Assembly (NCBI GenBank): GCA_950097015.1
Contig: CATNEN010000039.1
Location: 4,092,001-4,156,000, forward strand
DNA: 64,000 nt
Direction of reading: 5' to 3'
DNA from: Macrostomum hystrix
Lineage: Eukaryota; Animalia; Platyhelminthes
The notes under the pieces were generated by a model. That model was not told where the DNA came from and made no database searches. It saw only the letters and a program-made list of their open reading frames with translations. Every line of letters begins with the position of its first letter. Position 1 is the stretch's first letter. Position numbers and translations under genes: made by a program. This document shows positions 49,001 through 62,365 of this stretch, in pieces.

Positions 49001-52000
49001 ACACCCATGGATTCACAATGAACCCTCATGGATTCTCGATTAACCCTCATGGATTCTTAATAAACACCCATGGATTCACAATGAACCCTCATGGATTCTC
49101 GATTAACCCTCATGGAGTCTTGATGAGCCCTCATGGATTCTTAATAAACACTCATAGATTCTTAATAAACCCTCATGGATTCTTAATAAACCCTCATGGA
49201 TTCTTAATAAACCCTCATGGATTCTTGATGAACCCTCATGGATTCTTAATAAACACTCATGGATTCTTAATAAACCCTCATGGATTCTCAATGAACCCTC
49301 ATGGATTCTTGATGAACACTCATGGATTCTTGATGAACCCTCATGGATTCTTAATAAACACTCATGGATTCACAATGAACCCTCATGGATTCTTAATAAA
49401 CCCTCATGGATTCTTGATGAACCCTCATGGATTCTTGATGAACCCTCATGGATTCTTGATGAACCCTCATGGATTCTTAATAAACACTCATGGATTCACA
49501 ATGAACCCTCATGGATTCTTGACGAACCCTCATGGATTCTTAATAAACACTCATGGATTCTTGATGAACCCTCATGGATTCTTAATAAACCCTCATGGAT
49601 TCACAATGAACCCTCATGGATTCTTAATAAACCCTCATGGATTCTTAATAAACACTCATGGATTCACAATGAACCCTCATGGATTCTTAATAAACCCTCA
49701 TGGATTCTTGATGAGCCCTCATGGATTCTTGATGAACCCTCATGGATTCTTAATAAACACTCATGGATTCTTGATGAACCCTCATGGATTCTCAATGAAC
49801 CTTCATGGATTCTTAATGAACCCTCATGGATTCTCAATGAACCCTCATGGATTCTCAATGAACCCTCATGGATTCTCAATGAACCCTCATGGATTCTCAA
49901 TGAACCCTCATGGATTCTCAATGAACCCTCATGGATTCTCAATGAACCCTCATGGATTCTTAATGAACCTTCATGGATTCTTAATAGACCCTCATGGATT
50001 CTTGATGAACCCTCATGGATTCACAATGAACCCTCATGGATTCTCGCAACTCTCTGCCGGAAAAGAGTTAACGAGGCTGACTCAACAATCAACGCCCTCA
50101 ACAAGGCTAACAATACACTGTTCACAATTATCTGAGCCAGAGTCAGTAGCGTACCAGCATTACCCACGATTCTGTGTGTCAGCCTCACAAATCAATAATT
50201 CAGGATGCTTCTGAGAGCCGACTGGGGCTGGAATAAAACATTTATTACGGCCTGGGCAGTCACTCAGGCTGCCATAGCCGCTCCGCACAAGTCTTCCCTC
50301 ACTCCCCATCGCCCTTGACTCGCAGAGTTCACTCGATGCCGCTTCACCCGACCTCTGCCGCCTGACGAGGCCCACCAGGAGGGCGGGAGGCTGCACCTGC
50401 GCGTGGAGTTCGAAGGCGACCCGACGCCTGAGGTCACGTGGTTCCGCGACAACCTTCGCCTGGCCGGCAGCTCGCCACGGGTGGCCATTCGTACAGGCGG
50501 CGATTATTCAGCCTGCACCATCGAACCGCTGGAGCCGGAGGACGAGGGCCTGTACTCGGTGCAGATTCGCAACCCGGTCGGTGTGCAGAAATCTGTCTGC
50601 AACGTTGGTGTCAGGTGAGCGCCCGGCGGGCTTCCGCTCTTAATTAGTGGGAAGAATGACACTCGCTAAGCCATTGTCCTGAAACAATGTCGGTCGGCGG
50701 CTAATTCTGAAAAGGTCGACTAGAGCTATTGAATCAGGCCAATGTCTCATCTCTCCTGTGTCTCATCTCTCCTGTGTCTCATCTCTCCTGTGTCTCATCT
50801 CTCCTGTGTCTCATCTCTCCTGTGTCTCATCTCTCCTGTGTCTCATCTCTCCTGTGTCTCATCTCTCCCGTGTCTCATCTCTTCCGTGTCTTATGTCTCC
50901 CGTGTCTCATCTCTACCGTGTCTCATCTCTCCTGTGTCTTAATTATCCCGTGTCTTGATTCTCCCGTGTCTCATCTCTTCCGTGTCTTATGTCACCCGTG
51001 TCTCATCTCTCCCGTGTCTCATCTCTTCCGTGTCTTATGTCTCCCGTGTCTCATCTCTCCCGTGTCTTAAGTCTCCCGTGTCTTGATTCTTCCCTGTCTC
51101 ATCTCTCCTGTGTCTCATCTCTCCTGTGTCTCATCTCTCCTGTGTCTCATCTCTCCTGTGTCTCATCTCTCCTGTGTCTCATCTCTCCTGTGTCTCATCT
51201 CTCCTGTGTCTCATCTATCCTGTGTCTCATCTCTCCTGTGTCTCATCTCTCCTGTGTCTCATCTCTCCCGTGTCTCATCTCTTCCGTGTCTTATGTCTCC
51301 CGTGTCTCATCTCTACCGTGTCTCATCTCTCCTGTGTCTTAATTATCCCGTGTCTTGATTCTCCCGTGTCTCATCTCTCCTGTGTCTCATCTCTTCCGTG
51401 TCTTATGTCTCCCGTGTCTCATCTCTCCCGTGTCTTAAGTCTCCCGTGTCTTGATTCTTCCCTGTCTCATCTCTCCTGTGTCTCATCTCTCCTGTGTCTC
51501 ATCTCTCCTGTGTCTCATCTCTCTTGTGTCTCATCTCTCCTGTGTCTCATCTCTCCCGTGTCTCATCTCTTCCGTGTCTTATGTCTCCCGTGTCTCATCT
51601 CTACCGTGTCTCATCTCTCCTGTGTCTTAATTATCCCGTGTCTTGATTCTCCCGTGTCTCATCTCTTCCGTGTCTTATGTCACCCGTGTCTCATCTCTCC
51701 CGTGTCTCATCTCTTCCGTGTCTTATGTCTCCCGTGTCTCATCTCTCCCGTGTCTTAAGTCTCCCGTGTCTTGATTCTTCCCTGTCTCATCTCTCCTGTG
51801 TCTCATCTCTCCTGTGTCTCATCTCTCCTGTGTCTCATCTCTCCTGTGTCTCATCTCTCCTGTGTCTCATCTCTCCTGTGTCTCATCTCTCCTGTGTCTC
51901 ATCTCTCCCGTGTCTCATCTCTCATGTGTCTCATCTCTCCTGTGTCTCATCTCTCCTGTGTCTCATCTCTCCTGTGTCTCATCTCTCCTGTGTCTCATCT

Positions 52001-55000
52001 CTCCTGTGTCTCATCTCTCCTGTGTCTCATCTCTCCTGTGTCTCATCTCTCCTGTGTCTCATCTATCCTGTGTCTCATCTCTCCTGTGTCTCATCTCTCC
52101 TGTGTCTCATCTCTCCCGTGTCTCATCTCTCCCGTGTCTCATCTCTACCGTGTCTCATCTCTCCTGTGTCTTAATTATCCCGTGTCTTGATTCTTCCGTG
52201 TCTCATCTCTTCCGTGTCTCATCTCTCCCGTGTCTCATCTCTCCCGTGTCTCATCTCTCCCGTGTCTCATCTCTCCCGTGTCTCATCTCTCCCGTGTCTT
52301 AACTCTCGCGTGTCTTAAGTCTCCCGTGTCTTGATTCTTCCCTGTCTCATCTCTTCCGTGTCTCATGTCTCTCGTGTCTAATCTCTCCCGTGTCTCATCT
52401 CTCCTGTGTCTCATCTCTCCTGTGTCTCATCTCTCCTGTGTCTCATCTCTCCTGTGTCTCATCTCTCCCGTGTCTCATCTCTCCCGTGTCTCATCTCACC
52501 CGTGTCTCATCTCTTCTGTCTCAACTGTCTCACCTGTCCTGTATCACATCGCTCTGGAGTCGAATCTTCATCGTATCTCCTCATTCTCCAGTCAATCCGG
52601 CAGGCAATAATTTTGTGGATTCTTTTCGTCGCGCTCGGCTTTTATAGTTTTCAGACGGTGGCTCTAAACTGAGAATATATGCCATGCCAACCAATGGGGT
52701 GTGTATTCAATTTGCATAGCTTTGTTGATTCTCATTGCAGTTTTTGAAACGATTGTTGAAGTTTAACATTTGTTTATCTGTTATGCTTCTCCTGTAGGAA
52801 GAGGCAGCTATTTCTAGGAAACTGAATCACTTGATTGCCCGAGAAACATGCTCATTCTCGGAGTGTTTTTGTTCGCTTCTGATAATCAGATTGATTGTGA
52901 AATGCCATGCAGCCAATATTAAATGCTAATCAAGTCAATGATCATGAGAGCAAAGAACGCTTAATTAAGCTAGCATTTTATTCACTGTCTTTGTCCACTG
53001 CACTCTACGCAGCGTCCTGCAGCAGAAGCAGAATTTGGCACCAGAGGTAAAACCAGGTGATCTGTACCTGCAGCGGCAGGTGGTAGAACAGGAGACTGTT
53101 AGCTACAGTTTGTTAGACAGGGCGGAGCCAAGCTCCTCGCCTCCGCCAACTCCGCCTCCGGCAACGCTGGTCAAGACGATGGTTGATCGCGCCACCAGCA
53201 CCGATAAAACTGCGACATTGGCTCGCGACACTCAAACACCTGAGACAGTTTTACTCAGCGCTGCAGTGCAGGTGGCACATTCGACTGCCTCGACAGCCTC
53301 TGCCGGTGTGCAGACATCAGGCCAGCAGCTCAACCCGCTGTCCGAGGCCGCCACTCAGACGGAAGCCGTTGTTGAAGTTGAACAGTGGTCGGAGGAGGAG
53401 CCAGGCTATGAAGAGGGCAGCACGGAACACGTGTACCTCCATGCCGAGTACAACTCCATGCCCAGTCCCAGGTTGCCCTTATTATACTTAATTTGTTTTA
53501 CCTAGCTGTTTTTTACCTCGCGAGAAACGTCGTTAAAGAAATGGTCGTTGAACTCGATTTGATTCGATTTTATTTTTTTTATCGGATTTGTTGGACTCTT
53601 GCATGCTAAAAGCTTGATTAAATAATTTGTGGACTCATGTATTCGTTTACGAATTCGTGAACTGTCAGTGTTTATTGGAGTGAAGCTTGTCTCTTGTTCT
53701 CGGACGATTCGCATGCGCTAACTAATCAGTTATAACAAATGGTGCGCCCTGCATGCACAATGGTATATCGTGATCTTAAATAGTTTTATTCAATTTCTTA
53801 CCTCGATATTGTGCTTTGCATTCATTATGAGTTAATATTGAAGTACCGATTGACAAAGATAATACTTCCTCATCGTCATAATTCAGCATTAGGAGGCAAA
53901 AGGGACCCTTGATGCGTAGGAAAATATTTGAAGTCCACTGGCCATTGTTTCCATTGAAATTCGAACTCGCGATGGCAATTCTGCCTCACTCCGCTGAAGC
54001 CTGAGCAAACATACTAACTTTCTGGTGTACATCTGTCACCATGGTTTCCTTAAGGTTGGCCTTCATAGATGGGTATTACACTGCACAAAACAGAATGTAT
54101 TCAGAGTCTGACAAAAACTCAACTGACACATTGGCCTCACAAAACAGACCGCTGGGCGAGGCTCCGACATTCGTCAGTCCGCTAATGGACGAAACAGTTC
54201 CAGAAGGCTCGCAGCTGCGCCTCACCTGCCGCATCTCCGGCCGCCCGACGCCTGAAGTTGCCTGGTACTTCAACAACCGACCGCTGAGCCGCTACACCCG
54301 ACGAGGCATGCGGCTGAGCAGCGACCCGGAGACCGGCCTGCACTCGCTTGAGATCGACTCGGCGACGCTTGACGACGAGGGCGAGTACCGAGTGGTGGCG
54401 GAGAACCGCGACGGTCGCGTTGAGACAAAGTGCCGCATTGTGGTTGAGCGTAAGTGCTTCTGTCAAATCAATAATTAATTATAGATGGCACGGACGACCA
54501 AACTTTAGTAGCACTAAACCTTGGGACCACTAAGCCTGGTAGCTAAACCCAGTAGAGGGACTACTAAACCTGAAGCAGTGACTGAAGAAGTAGTAAGTAA
54601 CAGTGACTCAGCGTCAGCTCTTCATTGTCAACTTATTCTAAGCAGCAGGGACTATATAACCTGATTACCAGAGCAAGGGAAGGATTCGTGTTTGAACTAT
54701 TCTTAGATCGATAGCAACAAGTTCGAACCACAGTGTTCTCATCTACTAACAATGGCAATGTACTCTTCCTGCGCAGCCATCAGTGAGGAGGAGCTGGTGA
54801 TACACAGAGAAGTGTACTTGGTTGACGATCGAATGCCGTATGGTAAATTTGGCCTTCCTTCTGGCAATCAAACGCCATATAGGTGCATTGTCTCTTCCTT
54901 CTATTTATCGGCTGTTGACTCGAAGATTCATTTTGCGTAATCGTAGATTTTCATAGTATTCGTTTCACATTAGGTGATTCTGTTATGCTTTTTTATTTAA

Positions 55001-58000
55001 TAGCAACTACGAACTTATAGCATGTTACGCTTTTATTTGCTATCAATACCTCACTGTATGAAATCGCTAAAAAGGGACGGCAATCACAGTTTGAACTCAC
55101 AGTTTTAGTGTTATTTGTGCAATTAGTTATACGCCCTACTATAAGTAGCATACTACTGGCTAATTTTTAACAGTTAAAAGAACCCGCTATTTCCCCCTTG
55201 GGGGGGAACTTCTTTATAGCTCCCAAACCAAATGCCAGATTCTTGTCAAAATCCACGATATGGACAAAAAACTTCCGTCCATCACGATGGACTAACGTAG
55301 TCGAGATATTCAGCGATTCCTGTCGAAGACTTTGGTGACATTGTTCTGTATAAAACACTATGGCGAGTATTAGTTCAATAATATAAATATTGCCTATGTA
55401 ATCAATTAATAATAATCAACAATTAATAGCCGACAAGGAGACATGATCAATGTTGGCGGTTTTTGCCACCAGACACCCCCCCGAGAATCGCTGAATATCT
55501 GGACGATGCCGATGTTTTCTGATAATGGAATTTGCTTCATTTAATACAGCGGAAACTTTTAGTCCGATTTTGGTTTTCATGGCGATGGGTTGAATACTTT
55601 AGCAGATAAAGAAACATGTGAGGATGCCGATGGTTCCGAGTCCATGAACTTCCGCTTCACGATTCACGGCCCTTGAAAATTTTGCAGCTCCACCCGAGGA
55701 GGACGACCAGCCAGCGCCGTTCGCTCCCAGATTCTCAGGCGACATCAGCGAAGAGCTCGTAGCTCACGTCAGCGACAAGGTCACGCTGCAGTGCACAGTG
55801 CACGGCCAGCCGCTGCCCACAATCACGTGGCACAAGGACGGCCTGCGACTGTACACTGACGATCATGTGATCGTGAGTACCGGAAAACTCGTGTGGATAC
55901 GCTCCAAAGTGGCCCTGGGCTCGATTCCGCGGCGAGGCCACATTCATTTGGGGCCCCGCCGCGGAAAGAGAAGGCTCAACGCTCAAAAGAGGCCAAACGT
56001 CAAGGCACAGTGAGAGTGTACACTGTGTCTGACATTGCCTCTCGCTGGCTGCGGGTCCAGTGTCATCAAATGATGTGCCGTTGCCCACAGCATCCAGCAA
56101 GTACTTTTCTATGCTGTCAGCTGTCTCAAGCTCCCAGCCCTCACCTTCATCTCCAGGTCTCCGGTTTCGATGAGCAGCACAGCCTCGTGATCCCTTATGT
56201 GCGTCCCGAGGACGCGGGCGTCTACCAGATCGTTGCCAGCAACGAGATGGGCAGCGCCGATTGTCGCTGCACTCTGCGCGTCATCGAGGACGAGTTTGTT
56301 GACAAGCGCACAACGCTGGTGTTCCACAACACCGTGGTGAAAGCGCCGCCAGAGTTTATCCGGCTGTTCCGTGACGAATTCTGCAAAGTCGGCGATGACG
56401 TCATCTTGGAGTGCGAAATCGACGGCATTCCCAACCCGACGGTGAGTATGAAACGGCGTTGCCTTATTTCTGGCAAAAGCGATAGTTTTTTAACCAACAT
56501 CTGCAACCTTCCGCTAGGTGTGGTGGAGCTTCAATGGCCAGCCCATTTCCGAACGCGATCATCGCTTTGACACGTCGTCCAACGATCGAGTCCACAGCCT
56601 CTACATCAAGCGTGTCTCCACACAGGAGACTGGGCGCTACAGCATCACGGCTGAGAACAGCTCAGGCGTGGCCACCTGCTCCGCGCTGCTCATTGTGGAG
56701 GAGACGGGCAGGACCGGGTATGTTATGAAGGCCACTGTACAGTTTGAAACTGGGCTGGGGCAGCCGCAGCGGCAGCTGTCAACGGAGCTGCCGTCTCAGG
56801 TGCTGCCACCCATGGCCGGCGAGTTGGTTGAGCAGGGCGAGTTTGAGCAGGGCGATTTTGAGCAGCGCGAGACTGAGCAGAATCTGCAGCTGTCTGGTCG
56901 ATCGCTGATTGACCTTTTCACAGCCGGACAGTCGCTGCATGATAGGCCGAGGCTCACCACCTGGCCCAGATTAGTCAGGAAGCGGATTGCTTTGCCCACC
57001 TAGATAAAACTCATACATTTCTCATACATTTTTGCCAGCGTGTTTGTCTCAAAAAAGTACTCGTATTTCGCATTAATTTTTTCTGCTGCTCTATTCAAAA
57101 TGTCAACTAGTCGGGTTTCTATTTATGGAGTTAACTTCCGATAGTTTTCTGATTTTAAGAATCGATATTCACCTTAGGTGAGACTTTAATTATAATCACC
57201 ATCCTCTACCCCGATCGATACTCAACATTGCACAGTGGCCTCCATCCTCTACCCCGATCGATACTCACCATTGCACAGTGGCCTCCATGCTCTACCCCGA
57301 TCGATACACACCATTGCACAGTGGCCTCCATCCTCTACCCCGATCGATACACACCATTGCACAGTGGCCTCCATCCTCTACCCCGATCGATACACACCAT
57401 TGCACAGTGGCCTCCATCCTCTACCCCGATCGATACTCACCATTGCACAGTGGCCTCCATCCTCTACCCCGATCGATACTCACCATTGCACAGTGGCCTC
57501 CATGCTCTACCCCGATCGATACACACCATTGCACAGTGGCCTCCATGCTCTACCCCGATCGATACTCACCATTGCACAGTGACCTCCATCCTCTACCCCG
57601 ATCGATACTCACCATTGCACAGTGACCTCCATCCTCTACCCCGATCGATACTCACCATTGCACAGTGATCCCGGGGCTTCCCATGTACTTTTTGTCAATC
57701 TGCAGTCCGGGCACGGCTCGTACCTTTCAGGTCTCGTCTTCTGGCCATAGAAACGGCGCTAGCTGCTCAAAGCTCGGGACCAGCTCTGGACAGATTTAAT
57801 GGGACAGAGTAAATATTTAGTTGCGGTTGCCGATCAGCCCCGAGATTATTTAACTATAGTTAATTTTATTCGACCAGTTTCAAATCAGTGTATCCTCGCA
57901 CGCCCGGTACTGTGTTCAATGCACTGCTGAAACTCACTAAACTTAAACAAAAGCGTTATTTAGTTTGACCCTCTAAACTTGAAGGTAAATAGCTGAGCTT

Positions 58001-60354
58001 CGGCATAGTTTCCTTAAATGCTTATTTACCAAAAATTCCTCGAAATTTAGTTTTACCCTAGAAAAAGGCAAGTTGGTTGTTCCACTGGTGGTGTCGGGTT
58101 TTGTACTTTTCAGTAAAATTCCTTTAATTTCCTGGAAATATTAATAGGAATATTAATTAAAATTATGTTTTGCATTTTTATACTTTATGTTCCAGAGGCT
58201 ATCAGGGAAGACAAAATATCTAACGCTGTAGACTGGTGCAGATATAATATTAATACTATTAATAATTGCAGGAGGGCTGCGGGCAGTGGCACACCATTTG
58301 GTGACACTATCCCCGCAACCAGCGAGGAGGCAATTCTGCCCATTTCGCTGACTCCTGAGCACAGACTCACACAAGTGTGTACATCTGCCCTGACTTTCTC
58401 GTGCCTTGGAGGTTGGCTCTCGAGGGAGTAAATTTCACGACAAGCCCCCAAGCCTTCTCTCCGCGGCCGCGCCCCAAATGAATGTGGCCTCGCCGCGGAA
58501 TCGAGCTCAGGGACCTTGGTGAGAGAGGCAAACGCGTTAGACCGCTCTGCCACCGACCCCCTGATTAGTGCAGATACTCGATCGTACGATAGTAGATAAA
58601 TAGGATTTCTAGGAAGCATTTTTTCTAAACCAAACTCTGAAGCAAAGTTAAAGTTAACAAAACTGTTAATTTCTAAGTAGAGGTTCCTTTTTAGCGCTGA
58701 TTTAAAAGTTCGTGCTAAAATTATAAATAGAAATCCTGTGGGAGCCAGGTGTGCAGCCAATGGCACAGCCACTTCAAAAGGCTGTGTACAGCTGTTCAGT
58801 ACATGGACTGGATGATGGACCACTCACACTCACCCAAGAACAGTTTTCTTTCGTCAGATTCGAACCCTCGACCTCTCTATAGAAAAACCGTTAAAGACAA
58901 CAGCTTGCAACACAACAGATTGCTTTATTTGAGGTTTTCACAATTAAACTGCTGTAAGTCTAGTTGCCATAGTTACATTAACTCGGCCCAGTTTAAAAGG
59001 CCTCAGAAATTCTATGATAACATGTTAATTCTAACTCTTATACAAGACTTTGAATAAATAAGCATAACTAAATATCATGTCTATCGATAGAATGACACTC
59101 TAACTCTATGCATTCTCGTAGATTAAATTTTATGTCCTATATGTACTGAGGCATTTTTAATGAAATTTCCGTACATGGTTTTCTTGGCGTTACTCCAACG
59201 TTTTGTTACATTTTTACATTTTTCAAACACAGCCTGTATTCAAGCATGGAGTTGTAACAGATAACTGACATTAACCACCAGTCATTTTAGGCATCAAGTA
59301 ATGTATTTACTAAACAGGTGTAGGATGTGTTAGACAGGTGTGGGATGTGTTAGACAAGTGTAGGATGTGTTAGACAGGTGTGGGATGTGTTAGACAGGTG
59401 TGGGATGTGTTAGACAGGTGTGGGATGTGTTAGACAGGTGTAGGATGTGTTAGACAGGTGTAGGATGTGTTAGACAGGTGTGGGATGTGTTAGACAGGTG
59501 TGTTAAAGATATGTGACAGGTGTTGGATCTGTTGGACTGTGTTAGAGAGGTGTGACAGGTGTGGGATCTGTTGGACTGTGTTAGAGAGGTGTGACAGGTG
59601 TGGGAGCTGTTGGACTGTGTTAGAGAGGTGTGACAGGTGTGGGATCTGTTGGACTGTGTTAGAGAGGTGTGACAGGTGTGGGATCTGTTGGACTGTGTTA
59701 GAGAGGTGTGACAGGTGTGGGAGCTGTTGGACTGTGTTAGAGAGGTGTGACAGGTGTGGGAGCTGTTGGACTGTGTTAGAGAGGTGTGACAGGTGTGGGA
59801 TCTGTGCTGTCCGTTAGACAATGTCTCGGACCATTGGTCAGTCAAGCATTTTTGCATTTTGCCGATTTTTTTCATCATTATTGCCAGAGCAGGAGTCACT
59901 AGAATTTCACGCATTTTCACGAAAAGCACAGCCCACTCAGTGGACTCACCTGAAAACACCTCCTTCCTCACTGAACTGCCCCACCCTGTAGATCGTACGA
60001 GAACGCGGCACGGCTGGCCTCTCAGGCGACCAACTCGCGCTCGATGACGCCGTCCGTGTTGGTGCAGCAGTTCAGCCTGCCGAGTCACTCGCACATGAGC
60101 CAGATGGTCGGCAGGCAGACGGACAATTTCTCATTGCACTCAGTTGATGTGACGCCGCAGTTTGACCTGCTGGAGACTCGAAGCACCGAGTATCGACCCC
60201 AGCATCAGCATTCGTCGTCATCTTCGACAACAGCTTATCGAGTTGAGTCTCACATTGTTGACTACACGATCGACAGGTCGGGAAGAGACAGCGTCGATGC
60301 CGGCAGCGGCAAAGTGTCGGCCGTGTATCTACAGTCGTCCCCGCAGCAGAAGAA

Positions 60355-60385
<31 letters not shown>

Positions 60386-60616
60386 GAAGACATTGTCGAA
60401 ATCGATATTCAAGGCGGGCGTCAGGTCCGGCAAGATCAGTGGCAGCATCGAGAGGAGTTTGTCAGCACCACCGTCAGCAGTGACGGCTTCGGCGGCGTCA
60501 GCGGCGCTGCTGTCGGCGGCGGAAGCGAAGTGAAGCGATCCACAGATCTGGCAGACGAGATGGAGGCTCTGCTAAGGCGAGCCCAGGCCAAGCGACAGGC
60601 GGCCAGTCAGAAGTAG
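43011..60616 (+). CDS. Spectrin-repeat plus I-set Ig domain protein (Zormin/Sallimus/titin-family-like)
   Basis: Exons 43011-43385, 43613-44221, 44440-44631, 45010-45191, 45611-45779, 45855-~46283, ~46997-47207, 47308-47482, 48115-48813, 50326-50614, 53013-53471, 54148-54449, 54777-54842, 55688-55872, 56157-56441, 56518-56717 and 59992-60616. N-half is helical spectrin-like; six I-set Igs follow (e.g. CKVKGSPNPDIKWFKD, DAGVYQIVASNEMG). The 46.3/47.0 kb junction is unresolved. Confidence 0.85.
44710..44885. repeat. Degenerate ~24-bp tandem repeat (CTATGGAAATTC..), intronic
   Basis: About 7 diverged copies of tatggaaattc. Confidence 0.7.
45270..45540 (-). mobile_element. CORE-type SINE family B, intronic
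   Basis: Colinear with 20880-21183, including GGTTCGATTCCC and the CORE-like segment. Confidence 0.85.
46572..46970. repeat. 13-bp minisatellite (GGGTTCTAGGAGA), intronic
   Basis: Period 13, ending ~25 nt before the next acceptor. Confidence 0.96.
47570..48003 (-). mobile_element. Family D element, inverted relative to 55165-55615
   Basis: Reverse complement ttaacagttgaaaaatctcgccattttcc matches ttaacagttaaaagaacccgctatttcc (55167). aaacatcggcgtcgtccagatattca pairs with tgaatatctggacgatgccgatgttt. Confidence 0.65.
48890..50045. repeat. 21-bp minisatellite (AACCCTCATGGATTCTTAATA and variants), intronic
   Basis: Period 21, ~55 copies. Confidence 0.97.
50743..52520. repeat. 16-bp minisatellite (TCTCATCTCTCCTGTG) with higher-order blocks, intronic
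   Basis: Period 16, with recurring variant blocks containing tcttaattatcccg and tcttgattct. Confidence 0.97.
55165..55615 (+). mobile_element. Family D non-autonomous element with internal inverted repeat
   Basis: gagatattcagcgattc (~55304) versus gaatcgctgaatatct (~55485). Shares a core with the 2600, 28050 and 47570 copies. Confidence 0.65.
55903..56095 (+). mobile_element. SINE family A, degenerate, intronic
   Basis: gctcgattccgcggcgaggccacattcatttgggg..ctcgctggctgcggg..caaatgatgtgcc is the reverse complement of the 58255 copy. Confidence 0.75.
57198..57668. repeat. 43-bp minisatellite (CCATTGCACAGTGGCCTCCATCCTCTACCCCGATCGATACTCA), intronic
   Basis: Period 43, ~11 copies. Confidence 0.96.
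58255..58560 (-). mobile_element. tRNA-derived SINE family A, near full length
   Basis: Minus strand GGTGGCAGAGCGG (A box) ..GAGCTCGATTCC (B box); 3' end CCCTCCTGCAATTATT. Confidence 0.85.
59314..59805. repeat. Bipartite minisatellite: a 20-mer (CAGGTGTGGGATGTGTTAGA) followed by a related 39-mer
   Basis: Period 20 up to ~59500, then period 39. Confidence 0.95.
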
Positions 60617-62365
60617 TCTAAAAATTCGCTTATTTTTAAACAAATTGAAGCGGAGAAAAGTTTTTAGAGCACTTTGAAGAATCAGAGTGGAACCGTGTCG
60701 CAGGCCTGTGTCCAAGCTATTTAAAACAAATAATTCAAACAGTCGTAGTGGAATCAATTTAGTGGAAATCTGCGCCAGATAAAACAAGCTCAACAATTTC
60801 AAATAGAAATAGTCAAGCACCCACCTGTAGCCACGTCATTGGTAGTTTTTTAAAATTCACATTGTATCACACTTAGCATTCCCAGCACTGCTTGTGTTTT
60901 TATTTATTTTTTTCTGAGTTTTGCACTGTTTCTGCTTTTAGTTTTTTCGGCTAAGAAGAATGCAAAAACCCGACTGATTGATCAGTTTCGTGGACTAATA
61001 ACTTGGTGAATTGGGTCTCATTTACAACTCGATATAATATTAGACGAAAAATTAAACGATACTTAAAACGAAAACGAACAACGAAAAATTCAGTTAAACT
61101 TGCTACTTACTGTGTCACCTCTAATGAAATGTGTATGAACTAATTTGTTTAATTAGCTAAATAGCTTTTCTATAACTATGCTTCGATTAGTAACAATAAT
61201 AATCTGGCTAAAATGCAATCCAAGAACAAAATATTGATAAAATTGTTGATCGCTAATATTAAATTATTTGGTGATATAATACATTACCACTGCTGGGATT
61301 TAATTGTGTCTGGGACACAGACAAAATACAAATATTTATTTTTTCCTTTATTTTTGAATGACCAAACACATTTAGCCATTCTGAGCATTATATTTCTATG
61401 GAGTACAGTACAAAACTATAACATTTTTGCGCTTTTTCCTTTAGAGTAATTGCCGAACATATTAAAACAAAGCCACCGCTGTGCGGAAAAAAGACGCTTA
61501 GACAAAATATTACTTATAAACACTGTGAAACAAGTATTTTCTTGTTTTTTTTATAATTAGAACTTCATAATTAAAATTAAAATTATAAATTATAATGTAA
61601 TAATAATTATTATCATTATGATAATTATAATTTATAATTAGCTTTTTTAAAAGCTTTTTTATAAATAGTTCATTTTCATTTTAATTAATATGCGGAAAAA
61701 CGTTTAATCAATATATTTACACTATAATCGTTTCGTGTAATTTTTCACTTTACTATTAACGAGGGCTCCTTGCCCTCGGGTTCTTAGCTCCAGTTATACT
61801 CGAAAATTACAACTGTTGCAACTAAATCATGCCTACATCATTGTCGAAATCATTAGGAAATAAATGTTGATGGCAAATAAATAAGTGATTTTGCTCAGTC
61901 GATATTCTTGACTTTTGGTGATTTCCTTGAAAATGCTCAGTTTATGAGGACCACTTCTAAAATTACTTCACAATAGCTACGACTGTGCTGTGTGCTGCAC
62001 ATCTGGCCCTATTTGGAGCAGGTGTTTCAATTATTATTACTAAATTATTTTTTAATTAAAGGAAGGCACACAAGTGGCACTAGACAAAGTACCACAAAGT
62101 GCAAAGTACACAGACAACAAGCGATGCAGGTAACTCATTCACGATGTGGTTGAAATTTTGTAATTAACTGCAAACCAATGTAGACTTAAATTTTGCCATT
62201 GAAAAGCGAGCACTGTTAATTGAATAGCGTAGTGCTGCCCAAAGCAGAAATTGTACAATAAAGACTATTCATGAAGATTCGATGCTAATAAACTAGTCAA
62301 CTGAGCATTGGTTGTCGAGTAAAAGGGATATTTTAGAACGAATGTCTCGATCGCTGGTCGCAATT

